Positions 9,375 through 19,594 are shown, counted from the first letter of the stretch. The stretch is DNA of 64,000 nt from a bacterium (GCA_019423565.1 JAHZBE010000001.1:189944-253943); one strand, 5' to 3'. Made by a program: numbers and translations. The notes: generated from the letters alone by a model not told the origin.

Positions 9375-10880
9375 TTAATAACTTCTTACATCAAGATTAT
9401 TATCACGTAATATTTCTTTTACAAATATTGATTCATTCTTTTTATTTACAAATAAATATACATTATTTCTAGTTCTAGTTAAAGCAACATAAAATAGTCT
9501 TCTTTCTTCTTCATATGGATAATTATCATTTTCATTTAACACATATTTTAATATTTCATTATTTTCTATCTTACTTGGAAAACCATTAATCTTATTTTCA
9601 AGATTAATAATTATTACATTTTCTTCTTCTAATCCTTTCGATTTATGAACTGTTAAATACCTTATTTTTATATTTTCATTTTTTAAATAAATTATATTTT
9701 GATTTTCTAGTCTAAAATTACTATTTAAATACTTATAAATATCATTATTATTTCTTCCAAGAACCATTATTCCATTATTATTCTTTGAATATATATCAAG
9801 TATTAATTTTTCAAAAGAATCTTTTATACTTTTATAATAAATTATTTTTATAGGCTTCTTAAGTTTTTTACTTGATTTTAACTTTTTTCTCATTTGATGA
9901 TTATTTTTCATAATAAAATTACCTGATACTTTTATTAAATCTTTACAATTTCTATAAGTATTTTCTATTTTCATTATTCTAGAATTTTTATAATACTTTT
10001 TAAAATTTAAAAATATATTTAAATTACAACCTGTAAATCTATAAATAGACTGAAAATCATCTCCTACACAAAATAATTTAGCGTGAGTTTTATTTTTTAT
10101 GGTTTTTATTAAATTATATTTTGTTAAAGACGTATCTTGATATTCATCAATAATTATGTATTTATATTGTTTAATTTTTCCTCCTTTATTTAGAACTTTA
10201 ATCGCATCATTTATCATATCATTAAAATCAACTTCATTTTTACTTTTTAATTCACTCATATATTCAAGGTATATTTCTCTTACTATTTTTATAAAAATAT
10301 AATCATTTCCATATTTTAATCTTTTTAATATTTCATCAAACTTTATGTAATCATAATTATTTGATTTAAATAAATTAATAAAAGTTCCTATTAGTTTTTT
10401 TAATTCATAAAATTCTTCCTTTTTTTCTAATATATTTAGGCCTGAAAAGTTTGAATAAAAATACTCAGTTATAATATAATCAAGTTCATCACTAGAAGCA
10501 ATATTAACTATATTTTTATTATCTTTCAAAATATTTAAAGCAAGTTTATGAAATGTAAATACATCTATATCATAGTTATAATTTTTGAGTAATGAATTTT
10601 TAAGACTATTAACAGAATCATTAGTAAACGATATACATAATATATCTTCTTTTTTTATTTTTAATATTTCTATTAAGTATCTTATTTTACCAACTATAGT
10701 AAGAGTTTTACCTGAACCCGCTCCTGCGAGTAATAGTGCACTATCAGATGAATCAATAACCGCAAGTCTTTGTTTTTTATCTAATGAATAACCATTTACA
10801 TTATCAAGTAATTCTTTACTTTTAAATAAATTTTCTTTTGTTATTTTTCTTTTATTTATAAAATTTCTAATATATCTCAT
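9375..10880 (-). CDS. UvrD/Rep-type SF1 helicase, helicase IV-like compact form
   Basis: AGAGSGKT, DEYQDTS, VGDDFQSIY, TVHKSKGLEE and YVALTRTR motifs. Start moved to 10880 to remove the overlap with recA. Confidence 0.8.
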   Translation of the reverse strand: MRYIRNFINKRKITKENLFKSKELLDNVNGYSLDKKQRLAVIDSSDSALLLAGAGSGKTLTIVGKIRYLIEILKIKKEDILCISFTNDSVNSLKNSLLKNYNYDIDVFTFHKLALNILKDNKNIVNIASSDELDYIITEYFYSNFSGLNILEKKEEFYELKKLIGTFINLFKSNNYDYIKFDEILKRLKYGNDYIFIKIVREIYLEYMSELKSKNEVDFNDMINDAIKVLNKGGKIKQYKYIIIDEYQDTSLTKYNLIKTIKNKTHAKLFCVGDDFQSIYRFTGCNLNIFLNFKKYYKNSRIMKIENTYRNCKDLIKVSGNFIMKNNHQMRKKLKSSKKLKKPIKIIYYKSIKDSFEKLILDIYSKNNNGIMVLGRNNNDIYKYLNSNFRLENQNIIYLKNENIKIRYLTVHKSKGLEEENVIIINLENKINGFPSKIENNEILKYVLNENDNYPYEEERRLFYVALTRTRNNVYLFVNKKNESIFVKEILRDNNLDVRSY

Positions 10881-10929
10881 ATACTTTATATTCTCCGCAA
10901 GTATATAAAACTCCACTAAAAAAAGAAAA

Positions 10930-11946
10930 TTATTTTTCCTTTTTGATTGCCATATTAAAATGTTCTCTAACTTTTTGTTCAAGTTCATCTCTTAATTTAT
11001 CATTTTCTTTTAATAATGCTTTAACAGTTTCTTTACCTTGACCTAACTTTTCTCCATTATATGAGTACCAAGCACCACTTTTATCAATGATACCTGCTTC
11101 TACACCTAAATCAATTATTTCAGAAACTCTACTTACACCTTCACCATACATAATTTCAACTACTGCTGTTTTAAATGGTGGTGCAACCTTATTTTTTACA
11201 ATTTTAACTGTAGTTTTATTACCAATAACACTATCACCTTGTTTTATTTGTTCGCTTCTTCTTACATCCATTCTAATTGTTGAATAAAATTTTAATGCTC
11301 TTCCTCCTGGTGTAGTTTCAGGATTACCAAACATAACTCCAACTTTTTCTCTTAATTGGTTAATAAAAATTGCAATTGTATTTGTTTTATTAATAGTTCC
11401 AGATAATTTTCTAAGTGCTTGACTCATTAATCTTGCTTGAAGACCAACATGAGAATCACCCATTTCACCTTCTATTTCAGCTTGTGGTACAAGAGCTGCA
11501 ACTGAATCTATTACAACTATATTTATTGCTTCACTTCTAACTAATGCTTCACAAATTTCAAGTGCTTGTTCACCTGTATCTGGTTGAGAAAGTAATAATT
11601 CATTTATATTTACTCCTAAGTTTTTAGCATATACTGGATCTAATGCATGTTCAGCATCTATAAAAGCTGCTCTTCCTCCTGCTTTTTGAATTTCTGCTAT
11701 TGCATGAAGTGCAAATGTAGTTTTACCAGATGATTCTGGTCCGTATATTTCAATAATTCTTCCTTTAGGATATCCTCCAACACCTAATGCTAAATCAAGT
11801 GTTAATGATCCACTTGGTGATACTGCTATTTCATTATGAGTATCATCACCAAGTTTCATTATTGCCCCTTTACCAAATTGCTTTTCTATATCTAAAAGAA
11901 CTTGTGATAATATCTTGTCCTTATCTGTTTCATTTGTTTTTGCCAT
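10930..11946 (-). CDS. recA: Recombinase RecA
   Basis: GPESSGKTT Walker [11 protein letters not shown], and full-length RecA similarity by eye. Confidence 0.97.
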   Translation of the reverse strand: MAKTNETDKDKILSQVLLDIEKQFGKGAIMKLGDDTHNEIAVSPSGSLTLDLALGVGGYPKGRIIEIYGPESSGKTTFALHAIAEIQKAGGRAAFIDAEHALDPVYAKNLGVNINELLLSQPDTGEQALEICEALVRSEAINIVVIDSVAALVPQAEIEGEMGDSHVGLQARLMSQALRKLSGTINKTNTIAIFINQLREKVGVMFGNPETTPGGRALKFYSTIRMDVRRSEQIKQGDSVIGNKTTVKIVKNKVAPPFKTAVVEIMYGEGVSRVSEIIDLGVEAGIIDKSGAWYSYNGEKLGQGKETVKALLKENDKLRDELEQKVREHFNMAIKKEK

Positions 11947-11979
11947 CTATTTTTCCTCCTTGTAGCTTAATACATTTCT

Positions 11980-12008
11980 ATTATAACGCAACTTAAAAAC
12001 AAAATCAA
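11980..12008 (-). promoter_or_regulatory. Putative sigma-A promoter of recA
   Basis: TTGATT-17 nt-TATAAT read on the minus strand, about 35 nt upstream of the recA SD. Confidence 0.5.
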
Positions 12009-12017
12009 GTATTTTTT

Positions 12018-12031
12018 CAAACATTTGTTCT
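12018..12031 (-). promoter_or_regulatory. Candidate LexA (Cheo-type) SOS box
   Basis: AGAACAAATGTTTG versus consensus GAAC-N4-GTTC (one mismatch), 10 nt upstream of the -35. Confidence 0.45.
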
Positions 12032-12169
12032 ATTTTTATTTTTTAATGAAATTTTTCTTTCTAACTATTCATAATTTTAATATTTATTTTCTGAATAATT
12101 ACCTCCTTTCGCTTGTATGAAATAACCCTTTCATATGTTATATTCTCTCTTTATAATTAAAATTCCCCT

Positions 12170-12205
12170 AAAATTAAAAAAAATATGATTTTTTTCATCA
12201 TATTT
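12170..12205 (-). terminator. Rho-independent terminator after pgsA
   Basis: AAATATGAT-loop-ATCATATTT followed by a T-run on the minus strand. Confidence 0.6.
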
Positions 12206-12813
12206 TAATCTTGTTTCTTAAATAAATATTTTTTATAAGCTTCATAATATTCAACACCAGATATTAATGATAATATTGTACCAGCAATTAAAAAGAAATC
12301 ATCAGCAGCAATATTGATTAAACCAAATGGAAAATTACCAAAAAGTTTAAGTGTTAAACCTATCATTAAAAATGCAGTTTTAAATTTACCTGTATAACCT
12401 GCTGGAACTACTTCACCATTTGTATTTGCAAAAAGTCTAATAGTATTAACTATCATATCTCTCATTACAACTATTACAGGAATAATTGGATGTATATAAC
12501 CATATGCTGATAAAATTATAAGCAGACTATTTACTGATAACTTATCCGCAATTGGATCCATTAACTTTCCATAATCACTTACATTATTATATTTTCTTGC
12601 TAAATGACCATCTAGGAAATCTGTTATAGAAGAAAGTATAAATAAAACTCCAACTATAATCATTTTTGTGTCCATTATTAATATATCATTAACAAGGAAT
12701 TTTTTAAAACTTACATTTATCATGTCAAATGGAAATACCAATATAATAATTATTATAATTGACATAATTAATCTTGAATTAGTAAGTCTATTAGGCAAAT
12801 TTTTATTCTTCAT
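12205..12813 (-). CDS. pgsA: CDP-diacylglycerol--glycerol-3-phosphate 3-phosphatidyltransferase
   Basis: CDP-alcohol phosphatidyltransferase motif DFLDGHLARK...DPIADK. Start at 12813 is preceded by GAGGGG. Confidence 0.85.
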   Translation of the reverse strand: MKNKNLPNRLTNSRLIMSIIIIIILVFPFDMINVSFKKFLVNDILIMDTKMIIVGVLFILSSITDFLDGHLARKYNNVSDYGKLMDPIADKLSVNSLLIILSAYGYIHPIIPVIVVMRDMIVNTIRLFANTNGEVVPAGYTGKFKTAFLMIGLTLKLFGNFPFGLINIAADDFFLIAGTILSLISGVEYYEAYKKYLFKKQD

Positions 12814-12823
12814 AACTACCCCT

Positions 12824-13297
12824 CTACTCCTTATCACTTATTTTAATATTATCGCTTGAATTACTATTTTTGCTATTATTATAAGCTGTAACGCCTACAA
12901 ATACTACGATTAATACAACTAATATTATAATTAGTATAAGTGGTAATTTACTCTTTTCTTTTTCTTCTTTTGTATATGGAGATGCAATCTTATCTTCTTT
13001 TTCTTTTGCTTTACTTGCTTTTTCTATATCATCTATAGGTATCTTAGAAGTAGATTCAAATACATATTCATTAAATTCATCTATTATTTGTTCAGAATTA
13101 AGTCCTAAGTATTTAGCATAGTCTGTTATCATACATTTAAGTAAGAATATATCTTTAAATGTTTTATAATTTCCAGATTCTATTGCTTCAAGTTGAGAAA
13201 CTTTATAATTTAAATCCTCCGCGGCCTCCTCTATAGACACCCCATTTTGTTCTCTTGATTCTTTTAGAACTTCTCCTATTTCTTTCAAATATTTCAC
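12824..13297 (-). CDS. RodZ/YmfM-like XRE-HTH membrane protein
   Basis: N-terminal HTH, one TM (LPLILIIILVVLIVVFVGV), and a position upstream of pgsA as in Bacillus ymfM. Confidence 0.65.
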   Translation of the reverse strand: MKYLKEIGEVLKESREQNGVSIEEAAEDLNYKVSQLEAIESGNYKTFKDIFLLKCMITDYAKYLGLNSEQIIDEFNEYVFESTSKIPIDDIEKASKAKEKEDKIASPYTKEEKEKSKLPLILIIILVVLIVVFVGVTAYNNSKNSNSSDNIKISDKE

Positions 13298-13315
13298 TCC
13301 TTACAATTTAAAAAA

Positions 13316-13670
13316 ATAATAATTTTAATAAGCCATGTTCTGTACCTATTACTAGGTGGTAAACATTTATCTATGATTAACTCATCCTATGCTTAGTTCT
13401 TTTTTCCCTTGCACAGGTTCCCCTACCATATTTTGGGTTTCTCGCTTGCGGAGTTTACCAATCGTTTCACTTTTTCCTTTCGGAAAAATATCGTCACTGC
13501 GGCACTTTATGACTACTAAATCCATAGAAAACCTTAGGATTATTCATCGTCGTTAGCATAAACTACTATAGGTTATTTTTTTCCTATACACAAACACTAC
13601 TCTCATCACAGAAGAGTGCGAGCATGGACTTTCCTCTACATATAAATGCAGCGTTTACCTAAAAATTATT
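13316..13670 (-). ncRNA. rnpB: RNase P RNA (type B-like)
   Basis: Minus strand contains GAGGAAAGTCCATGCTCGCAC, GAGCGAGAAACCCAAAATATGGTAGGGGAACCT and ACAGAACATGGCTTA. Terminal AATAATTTT/AAAATTATT can form P1. The position next to gpsB matches B. subtilis. Confidence 0.9.
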
Positions 13671-13998
13671 ATTCATTATCATTATTTCTTCCATAAATTA
13701 TTTTTTCTAATTCGGAAATTCTACGAAGTAAGTCAACATTAGTCACTTGTCTTTCGCTATTTTTTACAATATCCATATTGGCTTTGGCATTTCTAAGTTT
13801 TTGCTTAAGTTCAAGAATTTGATTATTCAAAGCATCGATTTGTCTATCTTTTTCTCTAATCATACTGTTATATGCATTATAATCACTTATAACCATATCG
13901 AGTACTTTATCAACTTCTTGAGGTCTATATCCTCTAGCATCAACTTTAAAATCCCAATTATAAAGCATATCTGGATTTAACAAAATTTCCTTTGACAC
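13669..13998 (-). CDS. gpsB: Cell-cycle protein GpsB (DivIVA domain)
   Basis: FKVDARGYRPQEVDKVLDMVISDY followed by a coiled coil. GTG start with GAGGTGAGG SD. Confidence 0.85.
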   Translation of the reverse strand: MSKEILLNPDMLYNWDFKVDARGYRPQEVDKVLDMVISDYNAYNSMIREKDRQIDALNNQILELKQKLRNAKANMDIVKNSERQVTNVDLLRRISELEKIIYGRNNDNE

Positions 13999-14021
13999 TT
14001 TTGCCTCACCTCTTTTAAGTA

Positions 14022-14050
14022 ATTATCACAGAAAAAGGTCTATTTGTCAA
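14022..14050 (-). promoter_or_regulatory. Putative sigma-A promoter of gpsB
   Basis: TTGACA-17 nt-GATAAT with an upstream TG, read on the minus strand. Confidence 0.5.
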
Positions 14051-14330
14051 TAGACATATATTTACTTTATTTGTTTACAAACACATTAACATTAAATCTA
14101 ATTTACTATCTTCTACATCCTCAATCATATTATCAATTACATATATAAGATATAAATTATTCATTTTGTTTTTCTCCTTTATTATTAAGTTATCACAAAA
14201 CTAAATTAGTTTCATTACAATCGACAAACAAAGATAATTATAGATATAATTAGATTATAGAATTCAAATTTTTTAAAAGAAAATATATCAAATTTTTTCA
14301 ATATATAGTATAATTAATATGGTGGTTATA

Positions 14331-14891
14331 ATGAATTACCCAAATAAAAAGAAAATTATTAATGAAAATTATATATATTATGGGAAAAGAGGTATGAACT
14401 TAGAAGATGATATTAATTCATCAAATAAATATTATCTTGATAATGATATAGCGGTTATATATAAAAAACCTACTCCAATAAAAGTAGTTAAAGTAGATTA
14501 TAATAAAAGAATTAATACAAAAATAACAGAAGCATATTATGAAATACCTTCTACTACTGACTATAATGGTATATATAAAGGAAAATATATAGACTTTGAA
14601 GCAAAAGAAACAAAATCTAAGACATCTTTTTCATTAAATAATATTCATAAACACCAAATTGATCATTTAATTAAAGTTAAGAATCATGGTGGAATATCTT
14701 TTTTAATAATCAGATTTACGACGATAAATAAAACTTTTTTATTAGAAACTCAAAAATTAGAAGAATTCCTATATAATAATGAAAGAAAATCAATACCTCT
14801 TTCATATATTAATGATAATGGTTACTTGATTAATGAAAATTATAACCCAAGATTAGAATATATAAAAATAGTAGATAAGATAATGATTTAA
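14331..14891 (+). CDS. recU: Holliday junction resolvase RecU
   Basis: YKKPTPIKVV...DYNGIYKGKYIDFEAKET...HQIDHL pattern. GGTGG lies 5 nt before the ATG at 14331. Confidence 0.9.
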   Translation: MNYPNKKKIINENYIYYGKRGMNLEDDINSSNKYYLDNDIAVIYKKPTPIKVVKVDYNKRINTKITEAYYEIPSTTDYNGIYKGKYIDFEAKETKSKTSFSLNNIHKHQIDHLIKVKNHGGISFLIIRFTTINKTFLLETQKLEEFLYNNERKSIPLSYINDNGYLINENYNPRLEYIKIVDKIMI

Positions 14892-14973
14892 AATACATTA
14901 TGTCTATATATTTTGTTTTCCATATATAAACATAATTTATGATAAATAAAAAAAGATAAAGGTGGCTGATAAA

Positions 14974-17805
14974 ATGATTAAAAAAACAAACAAAAAAACA
15001 AGTACAAAGAAAACTAAATCAAATGATACTGTAGTTAAGCAAAAGAAAAAGAAAAAAGTTAAAAAAATATTAAAATTATTACTTAATATATTCTTACTTT
15101 TATTGCTTATTGGATTAATTGGTGGAATAGTATTTGCAGTATACATAGTTGTAAAAGCTCCAAATTTTGATCCAAAAAACTTATATAGTACAGAATCATC
15201 TATAGTATATGATAAAAACGGAAAACAAATTACTAAACTTGGTGTTGAAAAAAGAAAAAACGTTAATTATGACGATTTACCACAAGTTTTAGTTGATGCG
15301 ATTATCGCAACAGAGGATTCAAGATTTATGCAACATAATGGTTTTGATTTACCTCGTTTCTTAAAAGCATCCGCAGGACAAGTAGTAAATAAAATAACAG
15401 GTCATGGTAATGCTGGTGGTGGATCAACACTTACAATGCAAGTTTCAAAAAATAACTATACATCTGTTGAATCATCCGGTTTTGAAGGAATAGTTAGAAA
15501 ATTTACAGATATATATATTTCAATATTCAAACTTGAAAAAAATTATTCAAAAGAAGAAATAATGGAATTTTATGTAAATATACCATATCTTGGAAATAAC
15601 TCATATGGTGTTGAACAAGCATGTCAAAGTTATTTTGGAAAATCTGTTTCTGATATTAACTTAAGTGAGGCATCTTTAATTGCTGGTTTATTCCAAGCAC
15701 CTGCTTCATATGATCCATATAGACATCCAGATTATGCAGAAGAAAGAAGAAATACAGTTCTATACCTAATGCAAAGACATGGATATATTACTAAAGAAGA
15801 AGCAGAAGATGCTAAAAAGATTTCAGTAACAAGTCTTCTTAGATCATCAAATCCAGAGAGTGAATCAAACGAATATCAATCATATATAGATGTAGTAATT
15901 GATGAAGTTGAAGAAAAAACTGGTAATAATCCTTATACAACAGGAATGAAAATATATACAAATCTAGATACTGATAAACAAGCAGTATTAAATGATTTAA
16001 TGAGTGGTAAAACATGGACTTGGAAAGATGATAAAGTTCAAGCTGCTGTAGCTATAGTTGATGTTAATACTGGCGCTTTAGTAGCTGTTGGTGGCGGTAG
16101 AAATAGAACTGGTGCAAGACAGCTTAATTTAGCAACTGATATAACAAGACAAATAGGATCTTGTGCTAAACCATTATTTGATTATGGTCCAGCATTTGAA
16201 TATAATAATGCAGGCCTTGCATCACAAGTTTACGATGGACCGCATTCATATTCAAGCGGAGTTGCAATAAGAAACGTTGATGGTAGTTATGGTGGTACAA
16301 TGACTTACAAATATGCCCTTGCTGCATCAAGAAATATACCAGCGCTTAAAGTATTCCAATCCGTTGATAATTCAAAAATTAAGGAATTTGTTACTAAACT
16401 TGGAATAACTCCTGAAATAGATAGTTATGGGGGACTTCATGAAGCACACGCACTTGGTGCATTTACTGGATCAAATCCAAAGAGTATGGCTGCTGCTTAT
16501 GCTGCATTTTCAAATGGTGGTTATTATGCTGAACCATATACGATTAATAAAATAGAATATATTGATTCAGATAAAACTGTAAGTTTAAAAAGTAAGAGAA
16601 CAAGAGTTATGTCAGATTCAACTGCATATATGATAACTGATGCATTAACATATGCTGTTTCTGGTTATGGAAATATTGGTGGATCTGTAAGTGGCGTACA
16701 ACTTGCTGCTAAAACAGGTACAACGATGTTTGATTCTGAAGCAAGAAAAAAATATGGTTATCCATCTTCTGCTAATATGGATATGTGGGTAACAGGTTAT
16801 ACTCCTGAATATGCTGTATCATTGTGGTATGGATATGAAAACGCTGAAAAAGGATATTACTTAGGAAGTGAAGGATATTCAGTTCGTGGTAAAATATTTA
16901 GACAAATAATATCAAACATATCTGATAGAAGTGGTAGTAAAAAATTTACAGTACCAAGTAGTGTTGTAAAAGTAACTGTTGAAAAAGAAACATCACCTTT
17001 AATGCTTCCATCTGCTAATACACCAGATAATATGAAAGTTACAGAGTACTTCAAAAAAGGAACACAACCTACCGAAGTATCACCAAGATATAGTGCACTT
17101 CCTAATGCATCTGGATTAACTGCTAAAACAAATGGTAATCAAGTTGAACTTACTTGGGCAGCTGCTTCTAAACCAGAATATTTAACTGATGATTATTTCA
17201 GAAAAAATTATAAAAACTATTTTGGTAGTAGTTTAGAAACAGCACTTTCAAGTAGAAAAGCATCAAATGGTGAATTTGGTTATGAAGTATTTGTAAAAAA
17301 TAATAAAACAGGTACAACAACATCATTGGGATTTACAACAAATACTTCATTTAAAACAACAAAAATAAATAGTAATGTTACATATATAGTTAAAACAAAA
17401 CTTGCTAATTTAAGTTGTACTTCTAGCTCTGGTATAACTACAGATGTTAAAGGAGAAGAAGAAAATCATAACTTACTAACATATGAGCTAATAAAAAGTG
17501 AGGTTGCAGCTATAGTTGGTACAAGTTATGTTGATCCAGGAATTACGGTATTTAATAATGGAGTTGATGTAACAAAAGATGCAACAATAACAGTATCTTG
17601 TATACAACTTGGAACAAGCAACAAAAAACAAAAAGATTCATATATATTTAATAGTTCTGGTACATATACTTTTAAATATACAATAACATATGAAGGTTCA
17701 TCTACAACAGCAACAAGAACAATTACAGTAGGAAATTCTGGTAGTGGATCAAATGATAATACAAATGACAATACAACACAAAAAGATAAGAGCACATCTA
17801 ATTAG
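14974..17805 (+). CDS. ponA: Class A penicillin-binding protein (PBP1A) with a C-terminal beta-rich extension
   Basis: GT51 motifs EDSRFMQHNGFD and GGSTLTMQ; transpeptidase SCAKP, SRN and KTGT. RecU-ponA synteny. Start at 14974 after AAAGGTGG. Confidence 0.9.
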   Translation: MIKKTNKKTSTKKTKSNDTVVKQKKKKKVKKILKLLLNIFLLLLLIGLIGGIVFAVYIVVKAPNFDPKNLYSTESSIVYDKNGKQITKLGVEKRKNVNYDDLPQVLVDAIIATEDSRFMQHNGFDLPRFLKASAGQVVNKITGHGNAGGGSTLTMQVSKNNYTSVESSGFEGIVRKFTDIYISIFKLEKNYSKEEIMEFYVNIPYLGNNSYGVEQACQSYFGKSVSDINLSEASLIAGLFQAPASYDPYRHPDYAEERRNTVLYLMQRHGYITKEEAEDAKKISVTSLLRSSNPESESNEYQSYIDVVIDEVEEKTGNNPYTTGMKIYTNLDTDKQAVLNDLMSGKTWTWKDDKVQAAVAIVDVNTGALVAVGGGRNRTGARQLNLATDITRQIGSCAKPLFDYGPAFEYNNAGLASQVYDGPHSYSSGVAIRNVDGSYGGTMTYKYALAASRNIPALKVFQSVDNSKIKEFVTKLGITPEIDSYGGLHEAHALGAFTGSNPKSMAAAYAAFSNGGYYAEPYTINKIEYIDSDKTVSLKSKRTRVMSDSTAYMITDALTYAVSGYGNIGGSVSGVQLAAKTGTTMFDSEARKKYGYPSSANMDMWVTGYTPEYAVSLWYGYENAEKGYYLGSEGYSVRGKIFRQIISNISDRSGSKKFTVPSSVVKVTVEKETSPLMLPSANTPDNMKVTEYFKKGTQPTEVSPRYSALPNASGLTAKTNGNQVELTWAAASKPEYLTDDYFRKNYKNYFGSSLETALSSRKASNGEFGYEVFVKNNKTGTTTSLGFTTNTSFKTTKINSNVTYIVKTKLANLSCTSSSGITTDVKGEEENHNLLTYELIKSEVAAIVGTSYVDPGITVFNNGVDVTKDATITVSCIQLGTSNKKQKDSYIFNSSGTYTFKYTITYEGSSTTATRTITVGNSGSGSNDNTNDNTTQKDKSTSN

Positions 17806-17814
17806 ACGTGCTCT

Positions 17815-18447
17815 TTATTCATTTAACCAATCATAATCGTACAATTCTTCTATATATTCATCTTTCTTTTTACTACTAACTATATCCATTGACGATTTAT
17901 AACCTTTTTTATTCCATTCAAATAGAATTTTATCAATGTATCTTATACTATTAACTCCGTTTAGAATTGCTTCTTTTAAAGCACTCTCTATAAGTTCTAA
18001 AGGTATATTATTTTCAATCCATTTATTTATTGTTTCATACTCGACAGGAGAAAGTGTTCTACCAAATTCTTGTTCAAACTTTGAAAATATATCTGATGAG
18101 TTATCTTTTTTTTCTGATTCAATTAGAAAAGAATTAATCTTTGAATAAAATAAATCTAAAGATATATATTCTTCAATTATTCCATTATTTTTACTTATTT
18201 CAATCGAAATGTAATTTTTTTCTGCTAAACTATTTACATTTTCAAGTATATCATTATGACTTACATATAATTCTTTTGAAAATTTATCAACATCAAAAAT
18301 TATTTTTTCTTTAAAATTTAGAAAATATACAAGCATAATTAATTCATTGTTTTGTAAATCAAACTTATCTAAAAATTTTATTAAATAATTTGGTATAATA
18401 AGGTTATCATTTACCCTTAATAATGTATTAATAACATCTTTATTCAT
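17815..18447 (-). CDS. dnaD: DnaD-domain replication initiation/remodelling protein
   Basis: C-terminal FEQEFGRTLSPVEYETINKW...IRYIDKILFEWNKKG DnaD-domain pattern. Confidence 0.7.
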   Translation of the reverse strand: MNKDVINTLLRVNDNLIIPNYLIKFLDKFDLQNNELIMLVYFLNFKEKIIFDVDKFSKELYVSHNDILENVNSLAEKNYISIEISKNNGIIEEYISLDLFYSKINSFLIESEKKDNSSDIFSKFEQEFGRTLSPVEYETINKWIENNIPLELIESALKEAILNGVNSIRYIDKILFEWNKKGYKSSMDIVSSKKKDEYIEELYDYDWLNE

Positions 18448-19531
18448 TATAATCACTCTCTTCATAATTTGACTTTATATAATAAATTAAATAACTTTTT
18501 TTGTTTTTTAATTTATTATACAATATTTGTTTTTCTAAATCTACATAAATTTCATCAATATTTTCTTTACTAGTTATTTTCATGATATCATATATATTAA
18601 TATCTATATCTTTTCTATCATGTATTGGTAAATTACTATATCTAATTTTATAATCTATATCTATATTTAATGTTAAAGATGATGTTTTTATTATATTAAA
18701 ATCATATTTATATAATACATAATCATCTATATAACCTTTTTCTATAATACTTTTTATTATACTAATTTCATTCTTTTCTTTTTTAGAAAAATTATAATCA
18801 TCTGAATATGATATTTGTGCCCAAACTCCAATATAATTATCAGAGTCAATAATCATATTTTTATGGCTTATTTTAAGTACTTTATCTAATTTTAAATCAT
18901 CTATAAGTTTAAATGCATTATTGGCTTTATTATGCCTAAAAATAATATTTAATTCTTCTTTTATTCTATCAAAAGAAATATACTCTAGTCTATCTTTATA
19001 TTTAATAATTGATGAAACTAAATTATCATCTAAACTAAAATCATATATACTTGCAAATCTAATAGCTCTAAGTATTCTTAATGGATCATCATATATCTTT
19101 TTATCAGAATCACCTATTACACTTATAACCTTATTATTAATATCATTAATTCCATTTAATAAATCTACATAATTTTCATTTTTATCTATACAAATAGAAT
19201 TTATAGTAAAATCTCTTCTTATTAAATCTTCTTTTAAATCATAAATATATTCTATTTTATATGGTCTTCTATCATTATCCTTATAATATTCTTTTCTAAA
19301 AGTAGTTATTTCAAAATTATAACCATTATATGGTAAAATAATACATCCATAATTATTTGAACATTCTTTATTAAATATTTTATTTAGCTCATCTGGTTTA
19401 GCATTTGTAATAATATCTATATCATTAGATTCAATACCGAGTATTTTATCTCTAACATATCCACCGACAATATATGCTTTATAACCATTATTTTCTAATA
19501 TATTTAATATTTTAATCGCACTCTCATACAT
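18440..19531 (-). CDS. cca: CCA-adding tRNA nucleotidyltransferase
   Basis: GGYVRDKILG..NDIDI head-domain motif and RRDFTINS. Confidence 0.85.
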   Translation of the reverse strand: MYESAIKILNILENNGYKAYIVGGYVRDKILGIESNDIDIITNAKPDELNKIFNKECSNNYGCIILPYNGYNFEITTFRKEYYKDNDRRPYKIEYIYDLKEDLIRRDFTINSICIDKNENYVDLLNGINDINNKVISVIGDSDKKIYDDPLRILRAIRFASIYDFSLDDNLVSSIIKYKDRLEYISFDRIKEELNIIFRHNKANNAFKLIDDLKLDKVLKISHKNMIIDSDNYIGVWAQISYSDDYNFSKKEKNEISIIKSIIEKGYIDDYVLYKYDFNIIKTSSLTLNIDIDYKIRYSNLPIHDRKDIDINIYDIMKITSKENIDEIYVDLEKQILYNKLKNKKSYLIYYIKSNYEESDYNE

Positions 19532-19594
19532 AATACCACCATAAAAATTATATCATAAAACGAGAAAAACCACTCAATATGAATGGTTTTTTAA

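Noticed and set aside
8538-9410. Plus-strand ORFs 8538-8963 and 9075-9410
   Set aside because: They are antisense to ftsY and to the K/T-rich gene. Their low-complexity F/V/S-rich translations are mirror images of the real frames.
10881-10988. Longer helicase ORF overlapping the recA 3' end by 59 nt
   Set aside because: The extension ([36 protein letters not shown]) has no SD and reads through the recA C-terminus in another frame. The ATG at 10880 gives a sensible N-terminus.
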